This document shows, in pieces, positions 28,001 to 43,000 of a stretch of DNA of 64,000 nucleotides. Each line of letters starts with the position of its first letter. The stretch's first letter is position 1. The notes beneath the pieces were generated by a model, which saw only the letters and a list, made by a program, of their open reading frames with translations, had not been told where the DNA came from and searched no databases. This stretch comes from Bugula neritina (taxonomy: Eukaryota > Animalia > Bryozoa), in assembly GCA_964035545.1 (NCBI GenBank), contig OZ037765.1, positions 10,798,698 through 10,862,697 of the forward strand, in the 5' to 3' direction. The position numbers were made by a program, and so were the translations under genes.

Positions 28001-31000
28001 TTATTTTATGTAAAAGTTTTGTTTTTAATACGTTTTTGTAACTACGTTATGAACTATACATGGATAATTGTTACTTGTTACCCCTAATGGTACATGTTTA
28101 GGTGAAAAAAATTCAGGGTCATTGAAAATGTTAATCTCACTAAATATTTGTAATTTTATACTTGCCTATCAAAAGCAGTTGAAAAAAAATTAGAAGAAAC
28201 AGCAACAACGAAAAAAACTGACACTGAATTCTTATACAAGAGTTGAGTTCATCAAGAATATTTAGGCACAGCATTACATCTGTTGTAACTTACTGTTTAA
28301 CCATCTTGCGTATAGTGGAAGACACCTTTTCTCTGGCGTCATCATTCCATATTAATTCAGGATTTTCATGAGAGCCTGGATACACACAAACAATAGCAAC
28401 ATATTTATACATTGCTGAAACAGCAAAATTAACATTAATAAATCAATTCACGTATGAAAATTCAAGAACAGCAATAGTTGTTATAAAAATGGCGTGCCAT
28501 GACTTCAATTAATTCCTCCAAAGTAGGTTTGAGTTCCCACCAACGACTGCCAGTCGCGCTATATAGGAAGATGATGAGCTTAGCCCTAAATACCTTCAAA
28601 CATGTGTACAGCAGCCTCGGGGGATTCCCTCATGGCATCCATGAAGATGACGGGCAAAAACTTGCTGAGGACTATCCTACACCGGGGTCCCACCAGCTTG
28701 TCATTCAGCATCTTGGCAAACAGTTCCGCAGATTTTTCTCTCACCGTCGGGTTTGTATTGTTACAGAAGAGGTCAAGAAGATAAAGCACACCGCCTACAA
28801 CAACCAATCAGCAGCTACAGCTCATACAACAACCAATCAGCAACTACAGCTCATACAACAACACTTATATAAACAGATTCCATTCATGAATGACAACTTC
28901 CTGAACCATGAATATGGCCTGGAGACTCACCTTTAAACATGAGTTCCTTGACTATTTTAGTATTTGATATGAGGGCGTACAGCGTCTCTAGCACCAGAAT
29001 TGTAGATTTGGGAAGCTTTGGGATGACTAATAGTAGACTAGATAGTACTTCGCTGGCAGCGATATCATTAACACACTCCTGATTGGTGGTTACTATAGCA
29101 ATGACATGCAGCGCAGCCTCTTGCACTTCAACTGACAATTGTATTCTTAGAAGGTAGAACAGCAGCTTGAAGTAACCAATACACTGCATCTCTACACCTG
29201 TAAACATAGTATGTCGGTAAACAAAGCATATTCTGCCCAATGATTATCTCGAAGTTCAAAATTAAAGTCAAACAAGACTTGTTAGCAATTAGCTGTGCGA
29301 ACTAAAGACTAGAGGCACGCTGAAATGAGTTAGAGATAGGAAAGCATTGTAGACATTTATCTGAAACATTTCAGCTCAATGTTTTCTCTACCTAAACTTT
29401 TTCAGAACCATACAGCTGTTGAGCAAACCTCATTCACATGTCTGTGGTGGACTTTTGAGCAGACGATACAAAATAACGGCGAGTGACGGCAGACTTAGCA
29501 TAACAAAAATTTCTGTCACCAACATAAATAATATAAGTGGTAAACAGTGAGTTAGCCTTATATTAACTGCGCATCTGGCAAGCTAGAGTGTTCTAGATAC
29601 TACACAGACATGTCTAATGAGAGATATTACAACTATTCAACAGACAGAGTATGCCTAGTGGTGGCTACAGCAGAGACAAGAGGGCAATTCTTACTTACCA
29701 CAAGATGCAGAACCTTAGAGCACAAAATAACGTGTTAGTTTGATTTAACCTGTACTCAATGACAGTGATGATAATCAAATAGGATAGAAAGCTAACATTA
29801 GTATAGTCTAAACAAAAAGCTAACAGTTGAATATGTGAAACTAAACAGTTCAAGAGCCAACATGTCAGTCTAGAAACATACCACAGCAGCCATAACGATG
29901 ATCTGACGGAAACGGATCTAGATACGTACAAATTCCCAATGTAATAAAAGTATAATGCTGTTTTTGTTAGATGTTACACATGTTATATATGTGATTATTA
30001 CTACTCTAGGTAAATAGAGAGATAACAATCAATATATTTTAGTTTACAGTTTACAATCTACTACGTCAAGCATTACAAAGAACAAGGTAGTGTGTAGTAG
30101 GTGAGACAAGGAGTAAAGTAGATGACGTAGCTATACCAGGGTTGTTCTTGATGACATTATGTAAAGCAGTCAGCGCCATCTGTACTTTCTGCAGCTTGAG
30201 TTGAGCCTCAGAAGTTGAAGCTGCCTGAGGGTTGGCAGCATGGAGTTGTAGTAAGGAGTGGAGATACTGAGCTTGTCCATTCAGATACTCCAGAAGGTCT
30301 ATGGTGAACCCCTTAGGGTGCTGCAGATTAATATTGACTACACTTACATTTGTTATACAAACTATGCTTTCAACTACATTTATACCTTCACAATTTTCAG
30401 TCAAAAAATCCATTTGCCGAGTGGAAAATTTCACCGAGTTGCCTTGTATTTTATAAGTCGCTCATCAAAATTATAGCTTTGTGATGTTGTTGGTTGGTTA
30501 CAGAATAATAATTGAAGGGGGTAACAAATCCTTGTAGATTGGTATCTAATTATCACTTTTTCAATTAGATCTTTCACATCAAGATATGATTTCAATGAGT
30601 TTCAGTAAAGCCATAAGACGACGAGTAAAATTAACCGAAATTTAGTACTTTTTCAGTGAAGGTATAAACGAACTTTCAGACAAAAACATGCCTAAAAGGA
30701 AAACAACAAAACAGCAGGTATTAAAATTTTCAAGATCAAAAGTACTACCTTGACCTGTGTAAATTTACCCTGTGAATCCGATAAGCATGGCAAGTATGAA
30801 GTACTGAATTGTCAAATAAAGTTGACAATACTCAACTAGATCACTTGCTTATCAGCATGTTATATTTATATTACTGATTTGATTTAATTTCAGAATGTTC
30901 AGTCCATTACAATTTATTTAAATCATGATCACATATAAATTCTACCAAATATCTTGAAATAAACCACTGAACCTATCTCACCTCTATGGGAAAAGTGGGC

Positions 31001-34000
31001 TGCTCATTATAGATGCGAACATATATCTCTCCAACCACCAGCTCTTTAGCATGGATTGTTGACACAAAACTAGCACCAAAGTCTTGATCACACTCTCCCT
31101 AAATTCAGCGCAGAAAAAATACACTGGTTAAGATAAAAACAGATTAATTTTTACTGAGTAAAAAGTAAGCAATTATTTTAGTCTTTTAAAAAGCTTTTTT
31201 GTGACTTTATAAAATCTTTGAGAAATGACTTCACAAGTCAAGCATGTTGTTGAGAACAAGAGCCATCACTTAAATTAAAGAGAAGACAACCCTAAAACGG
31301 TTTGTTGAACAAATTACAAAGAAAGGTTTGAAATGGCCAGATGGGTGTAAAAGATGACAGACGGAAATGAGTCAAAGTACACAAACTGTACTGTAATACT
31401 CTACATACCGTCTTCATAACTTTAGTCTGTTGATCAGTTAGATACTCGGTAAGTTCCATTCTCGTGGCATTATCCCAAATCAGATATGGATTTTCTGTGT
31501 TGCTATTCAATATCTTTAGTAGCTGCACATACATAAAACATAAACTTGGATTTTCAATCAATAAGAAAACAAGTAGCAATAACGAGTAAAATATGACACC
31601 AAGCCTTAAGACAATAGAAAGCAAATCTTTCATAAAAATTGATCGAGAAATTTAAACTGGCCTTATAAACTAGTATCTCATATTTAATCTTATACCTTTC
31701 ATTTTTTTCAGGAGCAAGTAAAAAACAAATAATTGTAGTTGAGAAAGAAACTGGACTCTAACCTCAGTAGGGTCAGGGTTGGAGAGTTTCCTGGCAAGAT
31801 AGGGGGTGAGGAGAGCGGAGAGAGAAGCTTTGACAGCGGGGTTCTCTGGGCAACCCTCGTTGTATCCTCCCATTCCAGCGCAAGCACTCACTGCTCTGTG
31901 TGCCAGCAAGTTAGACACGTGTTGCTGATTGCTAGACTACAATTATACAAAGTCTGTAGCATAAAGTATATGTAAGGTGACAGGCTACAACGTGGTTAAT
32001 TTGTTTATTTATTCATCCCAAGTATTCTAATAAATTTGTCCAATCATAATTATTCAACAGTTTTTTTCCAATAAAAATCAAATACTTCAGCTATTAAGTG
32101 TAATTCAAATACTATTATAGATGATTTAAAGTTTATTTTTTATTGAAAATAGTTGACTTATTTCAAAATAAACCAAACCTATAAATCTTTTCTTTTCATT
32201 TACACTCACCAATTTCTATTCATTATATATAATATTTTAAATAGACCTGTGATCCAGCACTTGCAAGTCACCTCGAATTGATTCAAGTAAACTCAAGTCA
32301 TTCAATTTAATTGACTTGAATTCGACAGATAAAATATAAATTTGAACTATGCCTTGACTTGACTTCAACCCAATCGTTATTTAGATTCCAATACATATTT
32401 CTATCAGCGTACACAATACTACACTTTCATAAAAACATCTAAGTTATCACAATTCCTTTATAAGTGACTATTAAATAGTTATTTCTATGTCTACAGGGGA
32501 GTTATTTGAAGATATTCAATATTGAAATAATAAGTGAAGAAGCTAACTAGTTTAGGCTGCTTATCTAACAGTACAGGAAATAGACCACACCTCTTCAGTA
32601 GAGACACCACCTTCCTGTAGAGTGTAATCATAGTTGAAGAAGAATAGGAGGAGGTGCCACAACACCCCTGATTGGTAGAGGGCAGTTTGTAAGCAGTAGT
32701 CTATGCAGAAGGAGCAGATTGCCTTGGTTACTGTGGAGCACAGTCTAGTCAGACGCTGCAAGTATATATTCACATACAATACAAACTATACAATACAATA
32801 CAGGCAATGAAAATATATCATTAATAAACTGCAGGTTGTCTGACAAAAAGAGAATACAACTTCTCACAGTAACCACGTAAAGAACATAGTAAGGGCTGAT
32901 ATATACAATACTTATGACGCTTTACCTGGAAGTAGAGTATTCTGGAAAGCTCTTTGACGATTGGAGGTATTTCCTGTATCATCTCTCGACATTTCTCAAA
33001 CTCGGACGCCACTCTATAACACTCGGCAATGTTCGAACAAACCTAAAATTTGACAATTAATCATTAAACCAACCAACAAACTTGATCTACTTGAAAAATA
33101 AAAGTGCAACAGTTAACACATATTTAGGCGTTAGAAAACCATCACAGTAAAATAAAACTTCAAAACTTACTTATATAAACTTTTTTCAATGCTCTGGTTC
33201 AAATAAGGAATAGTGCATAACGTTTTTTAAACTAGTATATGATTATTCAAACATAAAAAGCATGAATAAGCAATTTAAGATATTGTAGACATCATATTCT
33301 CTAAACCTAATCCTATATATTCATCCATCAAATAAAATCAAATGTTAAAATGATTTCAGGCATTGGCCCAGACTAACAGAAAGCATTAATAAAGGTGCAG
33401 GTATAAGCTATAGAGAACAACATTTACCTGCACAGCAAGTTCACTGGGCTTACTGATGGCGCTGAGAGTAGCAGAGCACCTAGCAAAGGCGCTGTGCAGT
33501 GTCTGCAGTCCATTCTCTCTCCTCAACTCCTCGGCATTCAGAGCTGAGCAATCCATTGTGTGGTAGGAGAGGGCACTGGCAGCCGACAGCAGTGGTGCTG
33601 CCTTAGAAAACAGCTCGTCATCATGTGTCTCCAGCTCTATAGTCTTGATTAGCATGGGATATCCAGCGTATTTGTAAGGCTCTAGCACTGAAATACCAAA
33701 AATATTGTTAACCAGAATGAATAAGTTTACTAGTCAAGTTATGGTCATCTAATCTATTTTAAAACCATCATCAGTTTATTTGTTGTAGCCAATAAAAATC
33801 ACGGACATCATAAAAAAGAGAAAATGGTGATAACAAACTTCAACTTCTATAAAAACTTGGGTGTGTGTTGAGTACAACGCTGACCTTCTCTGTATCGAGT
33901 GAACAGTATACTTTGTGACTTGAGTATCAACACTATATTATTGGCATCAGGGCCGTTTTTCATCGTGTCCCTAGTACACAGGAACTCGTATGCTTTGTTA

Positions 34001-37000
34001 GCTTTCTCAAACATTGGTCTTCCCTCCGGGTTCTTATCAGGATGGTACTTCTGAGCCATTCGGAAGTAAGCCTTACGCACTTTACTCTCTTCGTGGCTGT
34101 TTAAAATTTATAAATGAGTATTCACAGCTAGTGCAAAATTTACATAAAGTAGCAAGTTAATTTTAGCATACGTTTGAAAATGCGGGTTTAGCCATGAAAA
34201 GCTAACTAATTGTGTTTGCTATTGAACGTTGTGTTCAATCATACGTACCCTCCTGCACCAGTTGCTAGCCCGAGAGTCTTATAAGCCTCTTCTGTTGACA
34301 TCTCCGGTGGCTTCTTCTCCACCTCGTCCTTCCAAGCTTTCAATATTTGTTTGAGCAAATGAACCTGTAAATTATAAATAACTTAGCAAAAAGTTTTCAA
34401 GAGAATGCAGAACTTTGTAACAGTAAATTAAAATAACAGCACACTGAAGGCAAATTTATATAAACTATAGAATTTTCTCTACAGCCGAAGGGCAATGAAG
34501 TACATGCTATCGGGAGTCTACGCTATGGAATAGGTTAAAACGTGATCTCAATTATCAGTCTGATCCCAGTGCATTCGGAGAGGGTGTAAGGTGTAGCCTC
34601 CTTAGCAGGAGGATGTGAATTGACCGAGTAGTTGCCGACCATTTTTAACCTGCACCTCCGCTATCGACACATATATTCGCCCCATCATTACCTCACATTA
34701 CGTGGCACCCTATATTGTTTACTTTCTCATTAAGCTTATCGATGAAATAAATAAACAACCATGTCCTACCGGCTCTCTGATTGGCCAGTCGGGGAATTTG
34801 CTTGTATCACAAAGATGTTTGAGATAATAGGAGCCACAGAAGAGTTCATTCTCCAGTGGAGGATACACAACCACTGGTATAGGACAATACTGATACATGG
34901 CTTTGGTGTTACTTTGCAGGCGGGGTGTGAAATCTCCTAGATGTGAGGCTATTTTCTCTATCATCAACCGTCTGAAATAAAAACTCACTGTTATACGCAT
35001 AATTGAAAACGGGAAGTTCTAAGTACCAATTATTAACTTTTTAATCTATTTATCATCATTCCATAAAATAATTAATGACACCTTATTTTCTGAAAAGTAA
35101 CTATATCAACGTGAATACTCGAATGACATAACAGTTCAACCTGACATGCCAAAAGCAATAACACTTGTGAACTATTGTTCCACTAATACCATTAAATAAT
35201 TTTGAAGGCAAGACACACTGTCGACATACTTTGACTAGATTAGCAGCAAAAAATAGTTGACGGAATGTGATAAGTAAGGCATACACACCTCATCTCTCCA
35301 TTCCAAATAGCTTCTGGAGTATCAAACTCTCCCAGGAAGATCTCTGCAAACTTCTCTGGTTCATAATGCTCAAGATAACATATCATGGCTTCAGGGAGCA
35401 TGTGGCCCAGAATACTCTTCTGCAATCAACCATTAATACATGATTACAAAAAAAAAAAAATGCTGCAATCAGTAAAAAATTAGAAAACTTTAAACAAAAA
35501 TAGAGAACTTTTAAAGATCAGATGAAAACAATATAAACTTATAGAATCAATGCTTTAAGATGAAAACAAAATATTATAAATATTAGGGTTTAGTATTAGT
35601 TTGATGTGCGCATCATATTTAGGTAGAGAGACTGGTTGGTGATCCGTACCTGCATTATATCAGATGTGTTGTTCTCCTCTGAACGGAAAGCTTGCTGTAG
35701 ATGAGCATACTTGAGGAACTTGGCTATAGGCAGCACGTTGCTGCCGGTGTACATGAGTATGAAGAAGAACGCTCCATTGAGGTACAGTCGTGACAGACCG
35801 GGGTTATCCTGCATTACGTTGTACAGAAGTCGGGCTACTTTCTCCACTATGACTGGGTCAAATGTCACCAGCAGCTGTTGATACAAAATAAGCAGCACAA
35901 GTGAAGCTAACATTTGCTTAGCCATTATTATATCTTTTTAGAAGTGCAGTTTGTTTCCAAATTCATGATTGATATAAATATTCAGATACTACAGATATAA
36001 CATTTTCACAATATTATGCAAATGTATTCACAATGCCGAATATTTTGCTTTCAAAATAATTTAGAAGTTGTGCTCTCCACAGGGCACAAAGTTCATGTAA
36101 CATGATCAGCAGAGCCAACTTTAAAATCAAAACCTGAAAAAGTTGAAGCAACCTACTTAGTGTACCACTGTGATAATCTTAATTCAGCAGTTTACATATG
36201 TGTTAACAGTTCAACATTTTATTTCATTTCTGCATTATTAAATAATTAAATGTTTTTTGCAAAACTAATAATTTCCAAGATTTATTTGGTATACAATTTC
36301 CCAAAGGTGCTTCCTGGTAACTTCATACAGAAGTGAGCAGGTGTAATATTTCAAAACTACTAGTTAGTTACAATCTAGTAAGTTAATGAATATACGCATG
36401 ACACAAACAGCAAGTCTACACTAGTGTAATTTAACTACAAATATAATTCAAAACAAAGTAGAAGCTAACAGAGGTGAACTATGTTTACCTGTACTATATG
36501 AGGGAGGCAGGTAGCATCGCTCAGTAACCGCTGAGCTCTTGGTAGGGGCCGTATTACAGACCCAACATCATTTCTGCTAGGATAGTAATCTAAGATCCTA
36601 AAAATAAGTAAATTCATAATAATATACAGTTTTAAGTATCATCTGGAAGATAAAATTGTAGATTTTTATTGTATGCCTAACAAGACAGCCAGAAAAATTT
36701 TTCATAGTTTACCGATCACCTAACGGAAGAAATGTATCCTTTTTAACTAAAGTATGATATACAAGTTGCACTATATATACTCATGCTTGTTTACAGACGT
36801 CATCCCTGTGGAGATTTTAAGTCCGTGCAACTAACCATGCTAGTCAAATGGCTAGTGGTTGTTTAAAGCAGCGCAGAAGCAATTAGGACTTCCCTGACCC
36901 CACCAATTATCCTTAAGGGATTTGAACTCATGATCTAGCACATAGATGTCATACTAGGCCAGCGTTCTAAGCACTAGACCATGGCTGCTTCACGTTGTAT

Positions 37001-40000
37001 CATTATATTCATGCAGATATACAATTGAGCTATTAATATCAACATTCGGGCATTAATTATTACGTTCACTGTAGAGAAACACTGTATGATTGGCCTGATG
37101 AATTGCTTACCTGTTGAGCATATTTAGGACTAGAATAGCCAGGTCAGTCTCGTTAAGCACAGAAGAGGAAGTGGCTACTAGACACCACTTGAGTTGAGGG
37201 ATGGTGTACAGAGGCCTCCACCCATCCATTCCTTGTGCCCAGCACCTGGTCTTTGCATGTATAGAACCTTCGCTATATAATTCTTTCATCTATGAAAAAC
37301 AGGCATTAATGTAGCAAATAGATTAACATATATGAATGTACTTTGCATCAAACCGGCTTTGTTAATGAACACTAAAATACTGTAACACCAGTTACCAAAA
37401 ATAGTGAATTATAGACACTTTATAAGTAAAAACACAAAATGTTCTTAATTTCAAGCAAGGTGAACATAATTAAACAGTTTATCTTCCATCCCATTATGAT
37501 TTTACCAGCATTCTGTTTAACATTTTTGAACTAAAATTCTTCTAAAATAAGCACCTCATCGAAACCGAAAGGTCCAAGTCTTTCCTTGTCCTTGTTACCA
37601 TAGTACCATTCCTTCTCACTCTCTCTCTTCATGTCAGCAGACGCTTCTATGACATTAGACTGCAGGGGAACAGTGGCCCGGGTGGTGTGAAGGTGGGAAA
37701 GAGGCAGCAAGTCTACCAACACCCTGATGCCGTTGGCATCCATCACTTCTTTCACATTTTTCTACAAGTATACACAACATCATCACTTTCAATCTCATAT
37801 ATAAAGGAGTTGTCATTACTCAACTGTTGCCACAATTATCTGAATAACCTGAACAATTACCAGAAACTTTACTTTACCAGGGAAAATTTACTAGCCAATT
37901 ACAATAAAACGAAACAAAAATAAAATCTTAACCAGTACTAAAGAAATTAGTCAACAAAATAGTCTATATATATATAATTACACATATTAAGCAATACCTT
38001 GTTTTGTATGAGTTTGTTCAGGAACTGTAGAAGACGGTCTCTCTCTAGCTTGTCTGTGCTCTAAAAAAATTAACAAAAAGTAAACTTGCAACAAATACCA
38101 ACTGTTACAGTTATAATAAAATGGAACAAAACAGCAGTCTATTTCATTGTGTACACAAATAAATACAATACACTCACGCGTTCCAACATGCCAACTATAT
38201 ATTTGGTATCATTGAAAGCACCAATTTCTTCAAAGCACCTTCCATACACAATAGTCATTGCCTGTAAGCACATGCACTTCATCTCTATCCGAGGAGTCAA
38301 AAGAAACCGGTGGTAGAGATCATTGAAGAACTCGTAGGACCTCCTGATTGCCGAGGTTTCTTCTGTACTCTCGGCTTCATCTTCTTCGAGAAGCAGCCGC
38401 AAGTAATACTCTCCTGCAATAACATGACTGGGAGTGTTGACTAAGTTTAACATTCCGTTAATATTCTTTATATGTGCAATAAATGCGAAAAATACAGCTC
38501 TTTTAATCCTAAGCTTTCAATTTGCAATAGTAAAAAAAATTCAACAAGATACATCAAATGCTTTTGTGAAACTGGTGACTGATACAACAACTCTTGGGCC
38601 CTACTCGATTAGCTCAAGTACAGGAGGACACAATTCCAATGTTGATTAGTAAAAAACTTTCTAATCAAAATAAATAATATCCCTTTCATCCAGGTCTGTG
38701 CAAATATTACATTACCAAACATAAGAAGAAAACATACCAATTTTTATCTCGTCTGACAGACAATGATAGGGTACTTCGAACTCATGATGATTCCAGGCTA
38801 TAGTCATAGTAGCCGTGAGTTCTCGGTCTACATTGAATGCTCGAATCTCTGCCTCTAAACATTCCTTTAGCTCTTCCCTGGTCTACAATATTTACTTTTC
38901 ATAGAGGTGACCTCCCAACAGAAATATAAAAAACAACAAATTTATCAACATCAGTTTTTAAATACATATATAAATTTCACCACAACTTCCAAAACTGCTT
39001 TGAAAAATTACATTAGAAGAGCGGCCGTTATGTGAGAAATTAGCACACACAGGTGGACGTGATTAGGTGAGGCAAGAATTGACTTAAGAATATTATTTTT
39101 ACGACCTCAGCTTAAAAGGAAATCTTATCTTGTACTATAAAATCACCACTTTGAACAATACTTCCCAAGCCTTAACACACCAGATCATATTTATGGTTTC
39201 TAAAGTAGAGAGTGTTTTAGTAGGTGTACCTTATAGTTCCACAGCAGATTGGGCTTAGCGTGGTCTTTGTTAAAGTAGTAGTAAAACAGTGGCCAGTTTG
39301 CTTCACTTTTAATCCTTTGTCGCCTTTTTCGCAACACAACAGGCTTTTCCTCTTTCTGAAAATCAACAGACCAACAGCTTTATAAACTCACACTCAGCAA
39401 GTTTATAGTTGCTATCCCTGTGAGAAACCCCTGATAGAAAGGGTTTTTGTTAAATCGAACTAAGGACTTATTTAAATGAGGCACAGGAGTAATTATGACT
39501 GGATGCTCTTCCTAACATCACCAATGGCCTTTACTGGGTTCAAACCCATGACCCCATGTTTACTAAGCAAACGCTCTAACCCCTAGACCACGGCTGCTCC
39601 CTTAACAGCTTTATACTAAATGTATATAAAAACATACTGCTAGGTTTTACAGAGTCATCAGCCCATGTATTGAACGTGAAATAACCTACCTGCTTCTTTT
39701 CCAGACCGATACGAGCTCTCCAATGCACAAGCACGTTCTCAAGTTGTCTCTCTATTAGTTTCCATTGAGGATTCTTTCTTGACTTGCTGAAAGCATCTGC
39801 AGCCATTTTGACACTGTCCCGGATGTGCATTCTGTCAGCTTCCTTCTCTGGAACCTCATCAGTTGAATCCAGGTAGGAGAGTAAGCCACTTGGCTGAAAC
39901 ACTCTACTTTATCAATAACAAAGTAGACATATTCACATCCATGTATCCACCAACTTTGAAAACTGTTTATAGCAGTCTCCTAGCAACCCTAACATTCCTC

Positions 40001-43000
40001 CAGCATCATAACCATATAAGGTAGTGAATAGATGAAACGAGTGTATGATTCAATACTGCTGACCAGAGCACAGTTAAAACAACTGGTATGAATATCAAAG
40101 CACAACAAAAAGTCAGAATTATATGTGCATACAGGCTATGCATGTTTATCGCATGTACATATAAAATTGATTTATAAAGCAACACACGACATACCATGCA
40201 TCTTTTGAGGAGAGCCATAGCTGTTGGATGACCTGTGACCCAGAGACCAACCAAGTGTCTACTCAACTGTCTGTTGGTAAGGGCTCGGTTATCTGTGCTG
40301 TTAGTAAACATGGCCGTGAGCAAATGTCGTGGCAAAGCTCCTTCTGCCAAAGCCAAATCTTGCATCTTCGCTGCCAACTCGCCATCACCTTCCTCAATGA
40401 TGGCTTTCATAACCAGACCGGCACCTTTAACAATTGCCATAGATGGATGCTGCAAAATCATACAAGCCATCATTTTACAAGATCGAATAAAACAAATAAG
40501 ATATTATATCCTTTAAAGAATCCCTGACATGCTTCATTTATGCAGCAGAAAATATATACATGTATATATATATTAGCTGTCATCTACAAACTGAGGGTTG
40601 TACGCTCAAATAATTTTGTTTTATAAGAGATTCTGTGCTCATGTTGATGACGTTTCCAGCTGGCTCTGAAATGAAAGTTTACGGTTTGAACTTTCAAGGC
40701 AGCTCAGTAATAAAGGTGTGTGTTGCAGCAGCTAAGAATAGTAAGCAATGAAAGTCTTAATTAGTTAGTAGTATTAGCTTCATAATACCACAAACTTCAG
40801 AGCCAGCCAAACAAAATCAGCATGAGCACAGAACTTGTTATAAAACAAAACTATTTGAGCATACAACCCTCAAACAGTCAGAAAATGATAGCTAAAACAC
40901 ATATAAATATTATTTTAATACTGCATAAATGACATGTGTCAGCGATTCTTTGAGGAGACTTGAACACTTTCCACGGTAAATCCGACAAAGAAGCTTTGTT
41001 ATCCAAATATAGTATGGGACTTGTACAGAATGTGATTGCAGCTGCTGAACTTACCTAGTTGACCTTGATATGGGAAATAGAAAGTAGACTGAAAAAATGT
41101 TCCCCTTGTTTCCAATTCACATTAAACTTTCCCTTAATAAATTTAAGCAGCCCGAAGCTATTCTGAATAAACAAAACACGGAAGATAGAGAATACAGCAG
41201 TTGTATGACTCAGTAAATACCTGGAAAAGTTTGTAGAGAGGCCGGCCAGCTTCAGCTACAAGGTTGAGAAAGGTGTCAAAGTGTTTGCTGTCCGTAGTCT
41301 CACTGTACGGAGCACATAGTGAGAATGTCATGAAGTCCAGCATGGAGCTTATGATTAGCGCACCAGTACCTTGATTCTAAAACAGAAATACTAAGTTAAC
41401 CTAGCATCTATTATGGAAACAATCACTGTGCATATGTTACAGGTGAGAAACAAACATCATCCAATTCAAATAAAATCGTATACAACAATTGAAACATGAA
41501 ATGGCCAAACCTTCATGGCTTCGATGAAAAAAATCTGCTATTGAAAAATTTGCACAACTGTAAACATGACTGGCATCTCAACATAGCTTAATGTGCTGCT
41601 TTTTACTAATAATGTTGAAAATCAAAATGTCAGAGCACTAAATGCAATAATACTATTTAAGTTTATGTGATATATTCATCAAAACACATAAACTATGCAA
41701 AAAAATTTAAAAACATTGGCTGCTGCTGAATTTTGAACATTATATAATTTTGATGACGCCAGTTTTGACAATAACAATTTATAATTATAACATTCGTGTA
41801 GTGATAAGTGATGAAATGCAAGTAAAACATTTCAGCAATTAATATCATTGTCATTTGATAATAATTTCATAGTTACATACATACATTAATCTCCTTGGAA
41901 CAAGTCAACAAAACAGATAAATTTTGTCACACCAAATTAAATTGTAAAGGTAATAAAAATATATTATCAGAAATAGAGCCGCGCAAACTCCCAACAAATT
42001 ACGCCTTTTTGGATCCAGCAGTTGCTCTAAATTATAACAATTGATCACACCTAAGATTTCACTAAGAATGTATGAAGCTTGGTTGATGTATAAAACTCAT
42101 TTTTGATAGAAAGAAAAAATTTATAACATCATATTACTGTGAAACGAAGAAAAAACGTTAAGAACATAACAACTTACAGCATTAGTCGTGAATTTGTTGA
42201 GCAGACTTTGCAGGAATTTTTCTGTTGCGAGTAGAGATGATTTGTTCAGTTGCTCTTGTCTCAGTTCATAGTTGTCATGCATCGGCATGAGCAGTGCGTT
42301 GAGCATCTCTATAGATGCGTGAGTCACACCATCATTTTGCCTTTTTAAGGCTTTTACGACTTTCAGGCCCAACTTTTCCCTCATTCTACAACACAATATA
42401 AAATCTTCAACTTTGCTAAAACATTTTTTTTCGGTCATTCAACGTGACAAAATAACTGATAAATATATAAAAATAGATGTTATGAGCTAACGTGGGAAGT
42501 TTGGTGAAAGCAGCAAATCCAGCCTTAGAGGCTACTAGTCTTCGAAGGGCGTGAAACTGCTTTTCTAATTCTTCATTAGGAATGGTAGCTTGATTTCCTT
42601 CTCTTGCAATCAGAGCTGAGAGAGCACCATTTATCAGCTTTTCTTTATTCTCTGAGAAGAAGCCCTACACGCAGTCATTAATTACCAAGTTAATAAATGA
42701 ATAGAAAGGATCAAAAACACAACACTAAAACCTGACTCAATAGGGCAGTACTTCAGCCAGACTAGTCTTAACCAAGTATACCTGCTTTACCCATAAGAAA
42801 GTTTATTCTCTTACCAAAGATTATATTATAAATCTTTTTGCGATAAAATTTAAGTCATTATTTTTTCAAAACGGTTGTTTCTAAACTTATCGATAAAATT
42901 TACAATAGAATAATGAAGGAGAAAAGTAACCTCAGCTGTGACAGCATGTAAGAGCCCGCTGTACGATATGTTGCAATTGAATCTGTTGACGGCCATTGCA

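Noticed and set aside
28490-28585. Hammerhead/C-D box-like motif (GATGATGAG, hairpin CGACTGCCAGTCG)
   Set aside because: Lacks the CUGANGA...GAAA core and lies antisense to the host gene; GGTTTGAGTTCCC suggests a SINE remnant.
28499-28936. 145-aa plus-strand ORF
   Set aside because: Antisense shadow of a DNAJC13 exon extended by the 29-bp duplication; no recognisable motif.
30745-30775. Possible 6- or 15-nt DNAJC13 microexon (GTCAAG or GGTAAATTTACACAG)
   Set aside because: Weak donors, and no clear branch point or UGC motif.
34660-34720. HDV-like ribozyme (GCCACGT ... GGCGAAT on the minus strand)
   Set aside because: Could not form convincing P1 and P3 helices by eye.
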